Assembly (NCBI GenBank): GCA_964627675.1
Contig: CAZVKD010000001.1
Span: 1 to 40,030, forward strand
DNA from: an uncultured Gemmatimonadaceae bacterium
GTDB taxonomy: Bacteria > Gemmatimonadota > Gemmatimonadetes > Gemmatimonadales > GWC2-71-9
Length of the DNA stretch: 40,030 nucleotides
Direction of reading: 5' to 3'
Made by a program: the position numbers and the translations under genes. Position 1 is the first letter of the stretch. The number at the start of each line of letters is the position of its first letter. Positions 23,377 to 33,244 of this stretch are shown here, piece by piece. The notes under the pieces are model-generated. The model had not been told where the DNA came from, ran no database searches, and saw nothing but the letters and a program-made list of their open reading frames with translations.

Positions 23377-26235
23377 CTACTTCGCCCCTCCCGCCGCGGT
23401 CGGCGCCCGGAGCTGCTGCGCCCCCGCCAGGAAGATCCCGTTGAACAGGAACTTGAACGTCCCGTGCGGCTGGCCCCGATTGGTGATCTCGGGACCGAAC
23501 AGGAACAGCTGCCCCCGACCCACGCGCGCCTCGGCCATGGCCACCCCGCCCTTGAGATACTGCTGACCCCAGGCCCACCCGCTGCGGAGCGGCGCATCGC
23601 CGTCGAACCACGCAACGGAGCGTACCCCCTGCCCCGTGGCTTCAGGCAGCAGCTTCATCACCGGACTGTGGTCGAAGAACACATCCACGCGCTCGGGCAC
23701 GCCGTACGCCACGGGCCGGGTGTTGTCCACCCGCACCTGCATCACCGACCCAGGCACGTAGAACTTGTCCTCCGGCAGCGCCTTGCCGGACGCATCCACC
23801 AGGTGATTCGCGACGGCGAGTCCCACATGATGTCCCAATGCCACGGACGAGCCGATCGAGATGATGGTTCCGCCGTCATCCAGGAAGTGCTTCAACTGCG
23901 GAACGGTCCTGGCCACCGTGACGCTGCCGAGCCACCCGCGGAACTCCGCTGGAATGGTGAGCGAGTCCGGCTGGCTCCCTCCGCCGGCGCGCCGATCCTC
24001 TTCGGGAATCGCCTCGGTGGGGAAGATCAAGACGTCGTACTTGCGAGCCAGCTGACCCTGATCGAGCCCCTTGGGAAACACCAGTTCGAACGGGAACTCG
24101 TAGCGCTCGAGCAGCCACCGGATCCATCCCGAAGGCATGGAGCCTCCGTAACGATCCCACAGGCCAACGCGCAACGACCGCAACCGCATTGCCCCGACAT
24201 CCGGCCCGCGCGGGACGCCCTCGAAGCTCACGCCGAAATCGGTGGCGAGCTGTTGGAGCAGCGGCACCAGGCCGCCCTTCGCCGGCAGGTAGATCGTCCC
24301 GACCGGGTGCGTCTTCCCACCCGATTGGAACGGCTCCGTCAGCCACTGAACCTCGTAGCGCTTCGCCAGCAACCGGTTCATGGCCACGGCGGCATCCACG
24401 TAGTCGTGGCTCAGCAGGAACCCCGCCGCGCGATCCGCGCCCGTGACGTTCCCCGCGGGAGGTTTCTGCAACCCGGTGGTCTTCTCGAACGGGCCGTCGA
24501 AGCCGTCCAGCACGCGATCGAACCTCACGCCCATTTGGAAGGCGAGCGTGTAGCCGGCGTTGTCGTACGGGGGAATGGGCGGCCCTCCCTCGTACACGAA
24601 GTCGTTGGGATAGTCCTGCGGCTCGAACATGTCCATCACGTGCGGCCGGAAGGCCTGCGCGGTCTTGATCACGTACGATCCCGCCGGGTATGGCTTGCCG
24701 GCCACGGAAAACGCGCTGGTGGCGCGGTGAATCGTGATACCGTTCTTCACCAGCGTGTTGATGAACTTGACCGCCGTGGGAAAATCCGGCTGGTCGGCCG
24801 GAATGATGTACCCGCGCGGATCTCGCAACGCGGGGTCGCGCAGCAGGCGGAAGAAGCGGGCCGGCACCTCGCGACCAAAGCCCGGGAATCGCTCTTCGCC
24901 AAGCTGCACGGACCGGTCGGCGGCAACCGCCGCCCGGACGGCCTCGATGCGCTTGGGCTGCGTGGTCCAGTGGTCGCGGCTCCCGCGCTCGATGGAGCGC
25001 TTGCCCATGAGGTACATGTTGTACAACACGTTCTCGCGATTGCGCGAGGCGTAGTCCAGCACGGCGCGATTGGCGGTGATGGAGTAGTCAATGGACTGGC
25101 GGAAGTGCCAGGTCTGCGGCTCCACCGGCCAGAACAGTTCGGTGCTGGGCAGCTGGCGCTCCGGGTAAAAGGGGATCTGGATCGGGGTCGGACTGCCTTT
25201 GGACTCGGTCAGAAGCCCGATCATGTTGTGGAAATAGGTCGTGGTCCGCAGCCCCCCGTTCCACCACGTCTGATAGCTCGCCCCGGCGCGGGTCGTGGCA
25301 CCCGGCTTACCCTCGGCGATAAACCGGCTGTGCATCGCCGCGCCGACGGCGTCGATCTGCGCCATGAGGAGAGGGTCGAGGTTGTAGTTGAACGGGTCGC
25401 GGAACGGCGGGGCGAACAGGATCACTCCTTGAGGCCCCGTCTGGTGATGGTTGTACACGATCTGCGGGAACCACTCGTGGTATTGAATCCGCGACATGTT
25501 CTCGGTTTCCGGCTGGTTGACCATGTAGAAGTCGCGGTTGTTGTCGTGCCCGATGTACTTCTGATACAGGCGCGGCACGCCTTCCATGGATCGCTTCATG
25601 GGATCCGATTCCCGCATGTACCACGACGATACCAGTTCCATGCCGTCCGGGTTGGCGTGAACGGCGAGCATCACGACGTCGTTCAAGAACCGCAGGGTCT
25701 CCGGGTCCGTGCGGCTCACCATCTGGTAGACCATCTCGATCAGCTGATGCGCCCCGAGCACCTCGGTGCCATGCAAGCCGCCGTCTATCCACACCACCGC
25801 TTTACCTTCCTGTGCCAGCGCGCGGGCCTGCTCATCGGTGAGGCCTTCGGCAAGCGCGAGCCGGCGGCTGATCTCCTTGTAGCGCGCCAGGCTCCGTTGG
25901 TTTTCTGGCGACGTGATGATGGCCATCAGCTGCGGGCGACCTTCAGCGGATCGGCCGATCTCCTGTAGCACCATCCGGTCCGATTCGGCGTCGAGCTTGG
26001 GCCAGTAGGCCATGAGCTGGGTGTACGTGGCGAGGAAGTAATCGTCGCCGATGTTGGCGCCGAAATGCTCTCTGGGAGTGGTGATGCGACCCTGGGCCAC
26101 CGCGGGAGGCGAGACCGACGCGACCAACAGCCCAGCGACCAGTCCGGCGAGCAGGCGAGGCGGCGCCGGCACGCCGGTGCGGCTGCGCCGGACAACCGGG
26201 ACAGACGAGACCTGTGTGCTGGCAACGGGAGTCAT
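23377..26235 (-). CDS. Large secreted M14-family metallocarboxypeptidase-like protein (~950 aa)
   Basis: …VVWIDGGLHGTEVLGAHQL… carries the HxxE zinc motif, and …LAVHANPDGMELV… is typical of M14. The N-terminus is signal-like (…RLLAGLVAGLLVASVSPPAVAQG). A long C-terminal extension follows. The start is ATG 26235 or GTG 26247. Confidence 0.8.
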   Translation of the reverse strand: MTPVASTQVSSVPVVRRSRTGVPAPPRLLAGLVAGLLVASVSPPAVAQGRITTPREHFGANIGDDYFLATYTQLMAYWPKLDAESDRMVLQEIGRSAEGRPQLMAIITSPENQRSLARYKEISRRLALAEGLTDEQARALAQEGKAVVWIDGGLHGTEVLGAHQLIEMVYQMVSRTDPETLRFLNDVVMLAVHANPDGMELVSSWYMRESDPMKRSMEGVPRLYQKYIGHDNNRDFYMVNQPETENMSRIQYHEWFPQIVYNHHQTGPQGVILFAPPFRDPFNYNLDPLLMAQIDAVGAAMHSRFIAEGKPGATTRAGASYQTWWNGGLRTTTYFHNMIGLLTESKGSPTPIQIPFYPERQLPSTELFWPVEPQTWHFRQSIDYSITANRAVLDYASRNRENVLYNMYLMGKRSIERGSRDHWTTQPKRIEAVRAAVAADRSVQLGEERFPGFGREVPARFFRLLRDPALRDPRGYIIPADQPDFPTAVKFINTLVKNGITIHRATSAFSVAGKPYPAGSYVIKTAQAFRPHVMDMFEPQDYPNDFVYEGGPPIPPYDNAGYTLAFQMGVRFDRVLDGFDGPFEKTTGLQKPPAGNVTGADRAAGFLLSHDYVDAAVAMNRLLAKRYEVQWLTEPFQSGGKTHPVGTIYLPAKGGLVPLLQQLATDFGVSFEGVPRGPDVGAMRLRSLRVGLWDRYGGSMPSGWIRWLLERYEFPFELVFPKGLDQGQLARKYDVLIFPTEAIPEEDRRAGGGSQPDSLTIPAEFRGWLGSVTVARTVPQLKHFLDDGGTIISIGSSVALGHHVGLAVANHLVDASGKALPEDKFYVPGSVMQVRVDNTRPVAYGVPERVDVFFDHSPVMKLLPEATGQGVRSVAWFDGDAPLRSGWAWGQQYLKGGVAMAEARVGRGQLFLFGPEITNRGQPHGTFKFLFNGIFLAGAQQLRAPTAAGGAK

Positions 26236-26562
26236 GATCAAGCCCACCTTCCTCGGATCGGTACTGCGATTCTGGAGGGATTCAAAAGGGGCTCACGGCG
26301 GGAGACACCCCTCGCGTGTCAACCGTGGGCACCGCGTGATTGCCCCAAACCGACGCCAAGAGGCCTTCAGGTACGACCCCGACGGCGCCGCGCCCGCCGG
26401 CCTGATCCGGACCCCACCCGGCGCACGCAGCGTTCCCGGCGCATATCCTCCGGCCGCGGAAGTCCCGCACGGCGTGGACGTGATGGGCTCCGCACTCCTT
26501 TGGAACGGTCCACGCGTGAGCGCCATCACGGCCAGGCCAACTGATCGTTGGGGACCCCGCCC

Positions 26563-27060
26563 TCAGCGGCGGCCAGCCGGGGCCGGGGCGGGGGCGGGCA
26601 GCGGGTCCTCCGAGTTCCACAGATCCAGCACGATCTTCCAGGAACCATCGGCCTGCTTCTTCCACAGGTGGAAATCGGGCCCCTTTTCGGTCACGGGCTT
26701 CCCGTCGGGGCCGTTCATCGTAACCACGTAGTGACTGAGCGTGTAGCCGATATCCCCGCCACTCCCGACTTCGACCGCCGTCGGATGAAACACGGCGGAG
26801 AATCCGGCCGCGGAACTCATTTGAGTCCCGAAGGCGCGAATCGCTTCCGTACCGGTTATCGGCGCCATGTTGGGGGCGTAGAGCGTTGCGTTGGGCGCGT
26901 AGAGCCCCAGCAAGGCATCCACGTTCATGCTACCGGCGGCCTGGGCGTATTGAGCGTCGGCCTGACGCAGGGCCTCGAGCTCCGCGGCGGTGTCCACGCG
27001 GGGAGCGCATCCAGCGGACGCCATCGAGACCACCGGAACCAGGAACCGGAGAGACTTCAT
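26563..27060 (-). CDS. SnoaL/DUF4440-like (NTF2-fold) lipoprotein
   Basis: ATG 27060 has GGAGG about 8 nt upstream. MKSLRFLVPVVSMASAGC is a lipobox signal. …LRQADAQYAQAA…ALLGLYAPNATL…HLWKKQADGSWKIVLDLWN is an NTF2-like pattern. Confidence 0.7.
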   Translation of the reverse strand: MKSLRFLVPVVSMASAGCAPRVDTAAELEALRQADAQYAQAAGSMNVDALLGLYAPNATLYAPNMAPITGTEAIRAFGTQMSSAAGFSAVFHPTAVEVGSGGDIGYTLSHYVVTMNGPDGKPVTEKGPDFHLWKKQADGSWKIVLDLWNSEDPLPAPAPAPAGRR

Positions 27061-27221
27061 AACCAATCCTCCAGGAGGGGTGAGGGTCGAAGAAGATACC
27101 CGCCGCCTGGCGGTTCACAACCTCGCTCCACCAATCCTTCCGGCGAGAGCCGACGGGGCCACATCTTTGCCCGCCGGGCCACACGACGGTGGCAGGCACA
27201 CCCTCTCCGGGGAACGTCTCT

Positions 27222-28418
27222 ATGCGTCCGATTCTCCCCCCATTCCTGGTGATCGCCTCCCTTTTCCAGGGCGCCCAGGCGCAGACCAGGCCGCGCGCCC
27301 GCGACCTCGGTGTCCCCCTCGAGGGAGCCCCCGGGCCACTCAACGCCATCACCGATGTGCCGGGCGTTCGCGTCGGCCATGCGACCATCATCAGGGGCGC
27401 GGGTCGCCGCGTCATCGGTCAGGGCCCCGTTCGCACCGGCGTGACGGCGATCCTCCCGCGCGGCGACAACCTCAGCGATCCGGTGTTCGCGGGCTGGTTC
27501 ACGCTGAACGGGAACGGCGAGATGACCGGCACCACCTGGCTGGAAGAATCCGGCTTTCTGGAGGGGCCGGTGCTGATCACGAACACGCACAGCGTGGGTG
27601 TGGTGCGAGACGCGGTGATTGACTGGCTGGTGCGACGCGGGGGGCAGTTCGACTGGGCGCTCCCCGTGGTCGCCGAAACGTGGGACGGCGGTCTCAACGA
27701 CATCAACGGCTTCCACGTGACGGCGCAGCACGCGTTTCAGGCGCTCGACAGCGCGCGCAGCGGGCCGGTGCTCGAAGGGAACGTGGGTGGCGGCACCGGC
27801 ATGGTGTGCCACCAGTTCAAGGGCGGCATCGGCACGTCGTCGCGCCGCGTCACGATCGCCGGTGCGACGTACACGGTGGGCGTGCTGGTGCAGTGCAACT
27901 ACGGTTCGCGCAGTCTCCTTCGCATCGCCGGCGTCCCGGTGGGAACGGAGATCACCGACCTCATGCCCTGCTACGTGACCCCACCGCCCGGGCAACCCGA
28001 CGCGCGACTCTGCGACCGCCCCGGCCCCGATGCCGCCGACGAGGAACCGGGCGGCTCGATTATCATCGTGGTCGCCACCGACGCCCCACTGCTCCCGCAC
28101 CAGCTCGAGCGACTGGCTCGCCGCGCCAGCCTGGGGCTCGGCAAGATGGGGAGCATCGCGTCGAACGGATCGGGCGACATCTTCATCGCTTTCTCCACCG
28201 CGAATCCCGGTGCCGACCGCGGCCCGGCGCCGGCTCGAATCGCCGCGCTGCCGAACGGCCAAATCGGCGAGCTCTTTCTGGCCACGGTGCAGGCCACCGA
28301 GGAAGCGATCATCAACGCGCTCGTCGCCGCCGACACCATGACCGGAGCGGACGACTACCGCGTGTACGCGCTGCCCCACGACCGGCTGCGGGCGGCGCTG
28401 CGGAAGTACGGCAGATAG
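27222..28418 (+). CDS. P1/S58-family peptidase (DmpA-like L-aminopeptidase/D-esterase), secreted
   Basis: The signal peptide is MRPILPPFLVIASLFQGAQA. …GNVGGGTGMVCHQFKGGIGTSSR… is the DmpA-family self-processing/active-site block. Confidence 0.8.
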   Translation: MRPILPPFLVIASLFQGAQAQTRPRARDLGVPLEGAPGPLNAITDVPGVRVGHATIIRGAGRRVIGQGPVRTGVTAILPRGDNLSDPVFAGWFTLNGNGEMTGTTWLEESGFLEGPVLITNTHSVGVVRDAVIDWLVRRGGQFDWALPVVAETWDGGLNDINGFHVTAQHAFQALDSARSGPVLEGNVGGGTGMVCHQFKGGIGTSSRRVTIAGATYTVGVLVQCNYGSRSLLRIAGVPVGTEITDLMPCYVTPPPGQPDARLCDRPGPDAADEEPGGSIIIVVATDAPLLPHQLERLARRASLGLGKMGSIASNGSGDIFIAFSTANPGADRGPAPARIAALPNGQIGELFLATVQATEEAIINALVAADTMTGADDYRVYALPHDRLRAALRKYGR

Positions 28419-28461
28419 CGGGGAGCGTGAGCTCTATGCGTTGCCGTTCCTCCGAGTCCGG

Positions 28462-28477
28462 GCGGGGACGGCCCCGC
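28462..28477 (+). terminator. Short GC hairpin after the DmpA-like gene (weak terminator candidate)
   Basis: GCGGGG-acgg-CCCCGC lies 44 nt after the stop. There is no U-tract. Confidence 0.25.
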
Positions 28478-28571
28478 AGTGCTGCCGTTCGAACCCACGT
28501 TGTGGCAGTTTTGTCGGCTGCAGGCCCATGGTGCACAACGGACACCTGACAACGAGTCGCTGCTGGAGCAT

Positions 28572-30038
28572 ATGCCCCGAGCCACCGTGCATGCCCGCCC
28601 CATCCCCAATTTCATCGCAGGCCGATGGACCGATTCGGCGGCCGGCGAGTCGCTGGAGATTCGCAACCCGGCAACGGGCGACCTGCTGGGCCGCACACCG
28701 CTGTCCGGCAGAGCCGACGTGGACGCCGCCGTCCGCGCGGCCGCCCAGGCATTCCCCGCCTGGCGCGCCACCCCCGCAGTGGAGCGCGCGCGGGTGTTGT
28801 TCCGGCTCAAGGCCTTGCTCGACCGGCACCGTGAGGAGCTCGCCCGGGACCTCACGATCGAGCACGGCAAGATCCTCTCGGACAGCCGAGGCGAGATTCA
28901 GCGCGGCATCGAGAACGTGGAGCACGCCTGCGGCATTCCCGCGCTGATGATGGGCGAGACGCTGGAGGACGTCGCGCGCGGAATCGACTGCGAGACGATG
29001 CGGCAGCCGCTCGGGGTGTTCGCCGTGATCACGCCCTACAACTTCCCGGTGATGATCCCGCTGTGGTTCTGGCCGTACGCGATCGCCTGCGGCAACACGG
29101 TGGTATTGAAGCCGTCCGAGCAGGATCCGCTCACCCACCAGAAGGTCGTGGACCTCGCCGTCGAGGCCGGGCTGCCGCCGGGCGTGCTCAACGTGGTGCA
29201 CGGCGCCCGTGAGGCCGTGTCGGCCGTACTGGAACACCCGAGCATCGTGGGCGTCTCGTTCGTGGGATCCAGCGAGACGGCGCGCTTGGTTTACGCCGCC
29301 GCGGCAGCGTCGGGCAAACGCGTCCAGGCGTTGGGTGGCGCCAAGAATCACATGATCGTCCTTCCCGACGCGGACCTGGACCCGACCACGGAGGCCGTGA
29401 TCAGCTCCGTGTTCGGCGCGGCGGGGCAGCGGTGCCTGGCCGGGAGCGTCGTCGTGGGCGTGGGGGAAGCGTACCGGCCCCTGCGCGAGCGCATGCTCCA
29501 GCGCGCCGCGACGCTGCGGCTGGGATACGGGCTGGAGGATGGCGTGGACATGGGGCCGGTGATCTCTCGCCGCCACCGCGAGCGCGTCGTGGGTTTCATT
29601 GACGACGGGGTGCGAAGCGGTGCCACGCTCCTGCTCGACGGGCGAGCGCAGACCGTGGACCGATACCCCCACGGCCACTGGATCGGCCCAACGGTGTTCG
29701 ACGACGTGACCCCGGACATGACCATCGGGCGCGAGGAGATCTTCGGGCCCGTGGCGGGCGTCACGCGTGCGGCGTCCCTCGGCGAGGCGCTGGAATTGGT
29801 GCACCGGAGCCGCTACGGCAACGCCGTGTCGTTGTTCACCAGCAGCGGCAGCGCCGCGCGAGAGTTCCGCTACCGTGCCGGCATCAGCATGATCGGGGTC
29901 AACCTGGGCGTCGTTGCGCCCATGGCGTTCTTCCCGTTCGGCGGATCCCGCGGATCTTTCTACGGCGACCTGAAGGCACAGGGCCGGGACGCCGTGCAGT
30001 TCTACACGGATCAGCGGGTAGTGATTTCCAGGTGGTGA
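28572..30038 (+). CDS. mmsA: CoA-acylating methylmalonate-semialdehyde dehydrogenase
   Basis: The ALDH-superfamily body starts at …IPNFIAGRW…. The characteristic MMSDH C-terminus is …FPFGGSRGSFYGDLKAQGRDAVQFYTDQRVVISRW. I prefer ATG 28572. Confidence 0.85.
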   Translation: MPRATVHARPIPNFIAGRWTDSAAGESLEIRNPATGDLLGRTPLSGRADVDAAVRAAAQAFPAWRATPAVERARVLFRLKALLDRHREELARDLTIEHGKILSDSRGEIQRGIENVEHACGIPALMMGETLEDVARGIDCETMRQPLGVFAVITPYNFPVMIPLWFWPYAIACGNTVVLKPSEQDPLTHQKVVDLAVEAGLPPGVLNVVHGAREAVSAVLEHPSIVGVSFVGSSETARLVYAAAAASGKRVQALGGAKNHMIVLPDADLDPTTEAVISSVFGAAGQRCLAGSVVVGVGEAYRPLRERMLQRAATLRLGYGLEDGVDMGPVISRRHRERVVGFIDDGVRSGATLLLDGRAQTVDRYPHGHWIGPTVFDDVTPDMTIGREEIFGPVAGVTRAASLGEALELVHRSRYGNAVSLFTSSGSAAREFRYRAGISMIGVNLGVVAPMAFFPFGGSRGSFYGDLKAQGRDAVQFYTDQRVVISRW

Positions 30039-30075
30039 GCAGGACGCAGGTGGCGGCAACGATGAGGAGTCAACC

Positions 30076-31392
30076 ATGGGCCTGAGAGTCGAGACGACCG
30101 ACGCAGCCGCAGTCAAAGCCGGATACCAGGATTTTCTTTTTCAATGCGCTCCACCGTACTACGACGATCCTCTCGTGATCGTGCGCGGCCAGGGCATGAC
30201 CGTGGTGGACGCCGATGGGCGCGAGTATCTCGATTTCTTCAGCGGGATCCTCACCACCGCGATCGGCCATTGCCACCCCGAGGTGGTGAGCGCGATCCAG
30301 GAGCAGGTGGCCACGTTGGGGCACACGTCCACCCTGTATCTCACCGAGAACCAGGTGGAGATGGCGCGGCGCCTGGCGGCGATCGCGCCGGGCCGGCTCA
30401 CAAAGACCTTCTTCACCAACAGCGGCACCGAAGCGGTGGAGACCGCCATCATGCTCGCGTGCCAGTTCACCGGCCGCAGCGAGGTCTTCGCGCTCCGACA
30501 TTCCTATTCCGGCCGCAGTGTGATGGCCACCAATCTCACCGGCCACGGGGGGTGGCGCCCGCTGGCGTCGTCGGTCTCCGGCATCAAGCACATCGTCTCG
30601 CCGTACCCGTATCGCTGTCAGTTCAAGTCTCCCTGCGACGCCACGTGCGTGGAGAAGTTCGCGCGCGACTTCGAGGAGGCGATCGTCACGATGACGAACG
30701 GCAGACCTGCCGCGTTCATCGCCGAGACGATTCAGGGCGTCGGGGGGTACGTGGTGCCGCCGCCGGGCTACTTCCAGCGCATGGCGGAGATCGTCCACAA
30801 GTACGGCGGGCTGTTCATCTGCGACGAGGTGCAGGCCGGCTTCGGCCGCACCGGCGAGAAGTGGTTCGGGATCGAGCACTGGGGCGTGGAGCCGGACATC
30901 ATGATCATGGCCAAGGCGATCGCCAACGGCTTCCCCGTCGGCGCCACCATCACCCGGCCCGAGATCGCCGCGGCGTGGACCTCCAAGACCATCTCGACAT
31001 TCGGTGGCAATCCCGTGGCGATGGCGGCCGGGATCGCGACCAATCGGGTGATGGTCCGCGAGAACACGCCGCGCCGCTCGGCGGAACGGGGGCGGCAGCT
31101 TCGCGCCGGGCTGGAGGCGTTGAAGTCGAAGCACGATTGGATTGGCGACGTGCGGGGCATGGGCCTCATGCAGGCGCTGGAGCTGGTGGACGACCCGCGC
31201 GAGAAGACGCCGAGCCCCAGGAAGGCCAAGTTGCTCATGGAGGCCACCAAGGAGGAACGACTGCTGGTGGGCGTGGGCGGCTTGCACGGGCAGGTGATCC
31301 GCATGGGGCCGTCCATGCTGTGCACCGAGGATGAGGTGGCCGATGCGCTGGGGCGGTTGGAGCGAGCCTGCAGGACAGTGGAGAAGGCGTAA
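30076..31392 (+). CDS. Class-III (omega) aminotransferase, AGXT2 / beta-alanine- or 3-aminoisobutyrate-pyruvate transaminase-like
   Basis: A GAGGAG RBS lies about 7 nt upstream of ATG 30076. …REYLDFFSGILTTAIGHCHPEVV…, …FICDEVQAGFGRTGEKWFG… and the PLP-lysine context …IMIMAKAIANGFPVGA… are all present. Confidence 0.85.
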   Translation: MGLRVETTDAAAVKAGYQDFLFQCAPPYYDDPLVIVRGQGMTVVDADGREYLDFFSGILTTAIGHCHPEVVSAIQEQVATLGHTSTLYLTENQVEMARRLAAIAPGRLTKTFFTNSGTEAVETAIMLACQFTGRSEVFALRHSYSGRSVMATNLTGHGGWRPLASSVSGIKHIVSPYPYRCQFKSPCDATCVEKFARDFEEAIVTMTNGRPAAFIAETIQGVGGYVVPPPGYFQRMAEIVHKYGGLFICDEVQAGFGRTGEKWFGIEHWGVEPDIMIMAKAIANGFPVGATITRPEIAAAWTSKTISTFGGNPVAMAAGIATNRVMVRENTPRRSAERGRQLRAGLEALKSKHDWIGDVRGMGLMQALELVDDPREKTPSPRKAKLLMEATKEERLLVGVGGLHGQVIRMGPSMLCTEDEVADALGRLERACRTVEKA

Positions 31393-31415
31393 ATCCGCAC
31401 GGACCAGGGGGCCGC

Positions 31416-33116
31416 ATGGCTTATTCACGTCGCCAGTTCCTCGAATCCTCCGCCGTCCTCGCCACGGCCCTCGGTCTCGACCCCGAGCCCGCCCTGGCAA
31501 TGGCAGCGGGGCAACAGGCGCAACAGCAGGCCGCGTGGGACCCCGGGCCTGACTTCATCGTCGTGAACGCCCGGGTTTACACCGTGGACGATGCGCTGCC
31601 CCGCGCGGAAGCCTTCGCCGTGAAGTACGGGCGCTTCACCGCTGTGGGCAGCACCAGCGACATCCGTAACATCGCCACGCGGGGCACGCGCATCATGGAC
31701 GCTGCGGGGATGACCGTCGTGCCGGGTTTCATTGACGCGCACTGCCATCCGAGCGGCGTCAACGAATTGATCGGCGTCAACGTGAATCTCAATACCGTGG
31801 CCGAGGTGAAGGCCGCGCTGGCCCGGAAGGCGGCCGCGACCCCGCCGGGCTACTGGGTGTCCGGCTACATGTACGACGACACCAAGCTCGACCGTCCCGT
31901 CACGCGCAAGGACCTCGATGAAGCCGTGCCCGACCATCCGGCAATGGTGGGTCACCGCGGCGGCCACACCGGCGTTTACAACAGCAAGGCGTTCGAGTTG
32001 GCGGGGGTCACCGCGCAGACGCCGGACCCGACCGGCGGGAAGTTCTACCGCGAGAACGGCGAGCTGACGGGCAAGGTGGCCGAGCGCGCGCGCGGCGTGT
32101 TCAACGGTGTCGGTAAGCGTGAGGAGGTGACCCGCGCCACGCGGCAGGCTGGCGTCAAGCACATCTCCGAGCAAATGACGAAGGCCGGGCTCACGTCCGT
32201 CCACCAGACAGGCGGCGACGAGGATTCGCTCATCGCACTGCAGGATGCGTATCGGGCCGGTGAGATGCGCTTCCGGCTGTATTTCTTCCCCCGCGGCGCG
32301 ATTTACGGCACGCTGCGGGATGCGGGGGTACGGACCGGGTACGGCGACGAGTGGCTACGGATCGGCCCGGTGAAGTACGGGGCGGACGGCTCGGCATCCG
32401 AGCGCACCATGCGGATGAGCACGCCGTATGTCGGCCGCCCGGACGATTACGGCATCCTCACGATGACCGAGGAGGAGATCCGCGACGCGGTGGAGGACGC
32501 GCACCGCCACGACTGGCGCATCGGCATTCACGCCAACGGTGACGTCACCATTGATTTGGTGCTCAAGGCGTACGAACGGGTGCTCCAGATGTGGCCTCGG
32601 CGGGTGAACCCGCGGCACCGGATCGAGCACTGCTCATTGATCAACCCGGACCTGATCCGCCGGATCAAGGCCACCGGCGCCGTTCCCACGCCGTTCTACA
32701 CCTACGTGTATTACCACGGCGACAAGTGGGCGGAGTACGGCGAGGAGAAGATGCGCTGGATGTTCGCGCACCGGTCGTTCCTCGATGCGGGAATCCCGGT
32801 GGCGCCGGCGTCCGACTACATGCCCGGACCGTACGAGCCGCTCATGGCGCTCCAGAGCCTGGTCACACGGCGCGACTTTCGCGGGCGGGAGTGGGGGCCG
32901 AATCAGCGGATCACGATGACCGAGGCGCTGCGGGTATGCACCCTGAACGGCGCCTACGCGTCGTTCGAGGAAGACCTGAAGGGCTCGATCACGCCCGGCA
33001 AGCTCGCCGACTTCGTGATCCTGGCCGAGGACCCGCACCAGGTGGACTCGAACCGCATCAAGGACATCACCGTGGTGCAGACGGTGGTGGGCGGGAGGAC
33101 GATGTACCGGGCGTAG
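31416..33116 (+). CDS. Amidohydrolase-3 (YtcJ-like) metal-dependent hydrolase with Tat signal
   Basis: MAYSRRQFLESSAVLATALG is a twin-arginine signal. …VVPGFIDAHCHP… has the HxH motif intact. …RIGIHANGDVTIDLVLKAYE… and …APASDYMPGPYEP… are also present. Confidence 0.8.
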   Translation: MAYSRRQFLESSAVLATALGLDPEPALAMAAGQQAQQQAAWDPGPDFIVVNARVYTVDDALPRAEAFAVKYGRFTAVGSTSDIRNIATRGTRIMDAAGMTVVPGFIDAHCHPSGVNELIGVNVNLNTVAEVKAALARKAAATPPGYWVSGYMYDDTKLDRPVTRKDLDEAVPDHPAMVGHRGGHTGVYNSKAFELAGVTAQTPDPTGGKFYRENGELTGKVAERARGVFNGVGKREEVTRATRQAGVKHISEQMTKAGLTSVHQTGGDEDSLIALQDAYRAGEMRFRLYFFPRGAIYGTLRDAGVRTGYGDEWLRIGPVKYGADGSASERTMRMSTPYVGRPDDYGILTMTEEEIRDAVEDAHRHDWRIGIHANGDVTIDLVLKAYERVLQMWPRRVNPRHRIEHCSLINPDLIRRIKATGAVPTPFYTYVYYHGDKWAEYGEEKMRWMFAHRSFLDAGIPVAPASDYMPGPYEPLMALQSLVTRRDFRGREWGPNQRITMTEALRVCTLNGAYASFEEDLKGSITPGKLADFVILAEDPHQVDSNRIKDITVVQTVVGGRTMYRA

Positions 33117-33244
33117 GACGACGCTCGATCCTGAAACGTCAGAAAGACCCTGGAATGTCAGCCGAGCCCTCCACTGACCTGAGGCAAGTATGAGGACGGG
33201 TCGGACCTTCGACGAGGTGCCGCGTGGCCTCGACTCCCTCTACC

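Noticed and set aside
23338-25968. 876-aa + strand ORF antisense to the M14 peptidase gene
   Set aside because: I recognise no motifs and the composition is Arg/His/Gly/Pro-rich. The minus strand carries the M14 HxxE and HANPDG motifs.
26248-26562. 316-nt non-coding gap upstream of the M14 gene, examined for a riboswitch, leader or small ORF
   Set aside because: I could not identify a conserved riboswitch core. The candidate ORFs (for example 26293..26529) have non-protein-like composition. It is probably just the promoter/5' UTR plus the terminator of the upstream gene.
28434-31500. Long minus-strand ORFs (28434..30116, 30070..31500) antisense to mmsA and the aminotransferase
   Set aside because: The + strand proteins are unambiguous family members with RBS-supported starts. 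The antisense translations are Arg/His/Gly-rich with no motifs.
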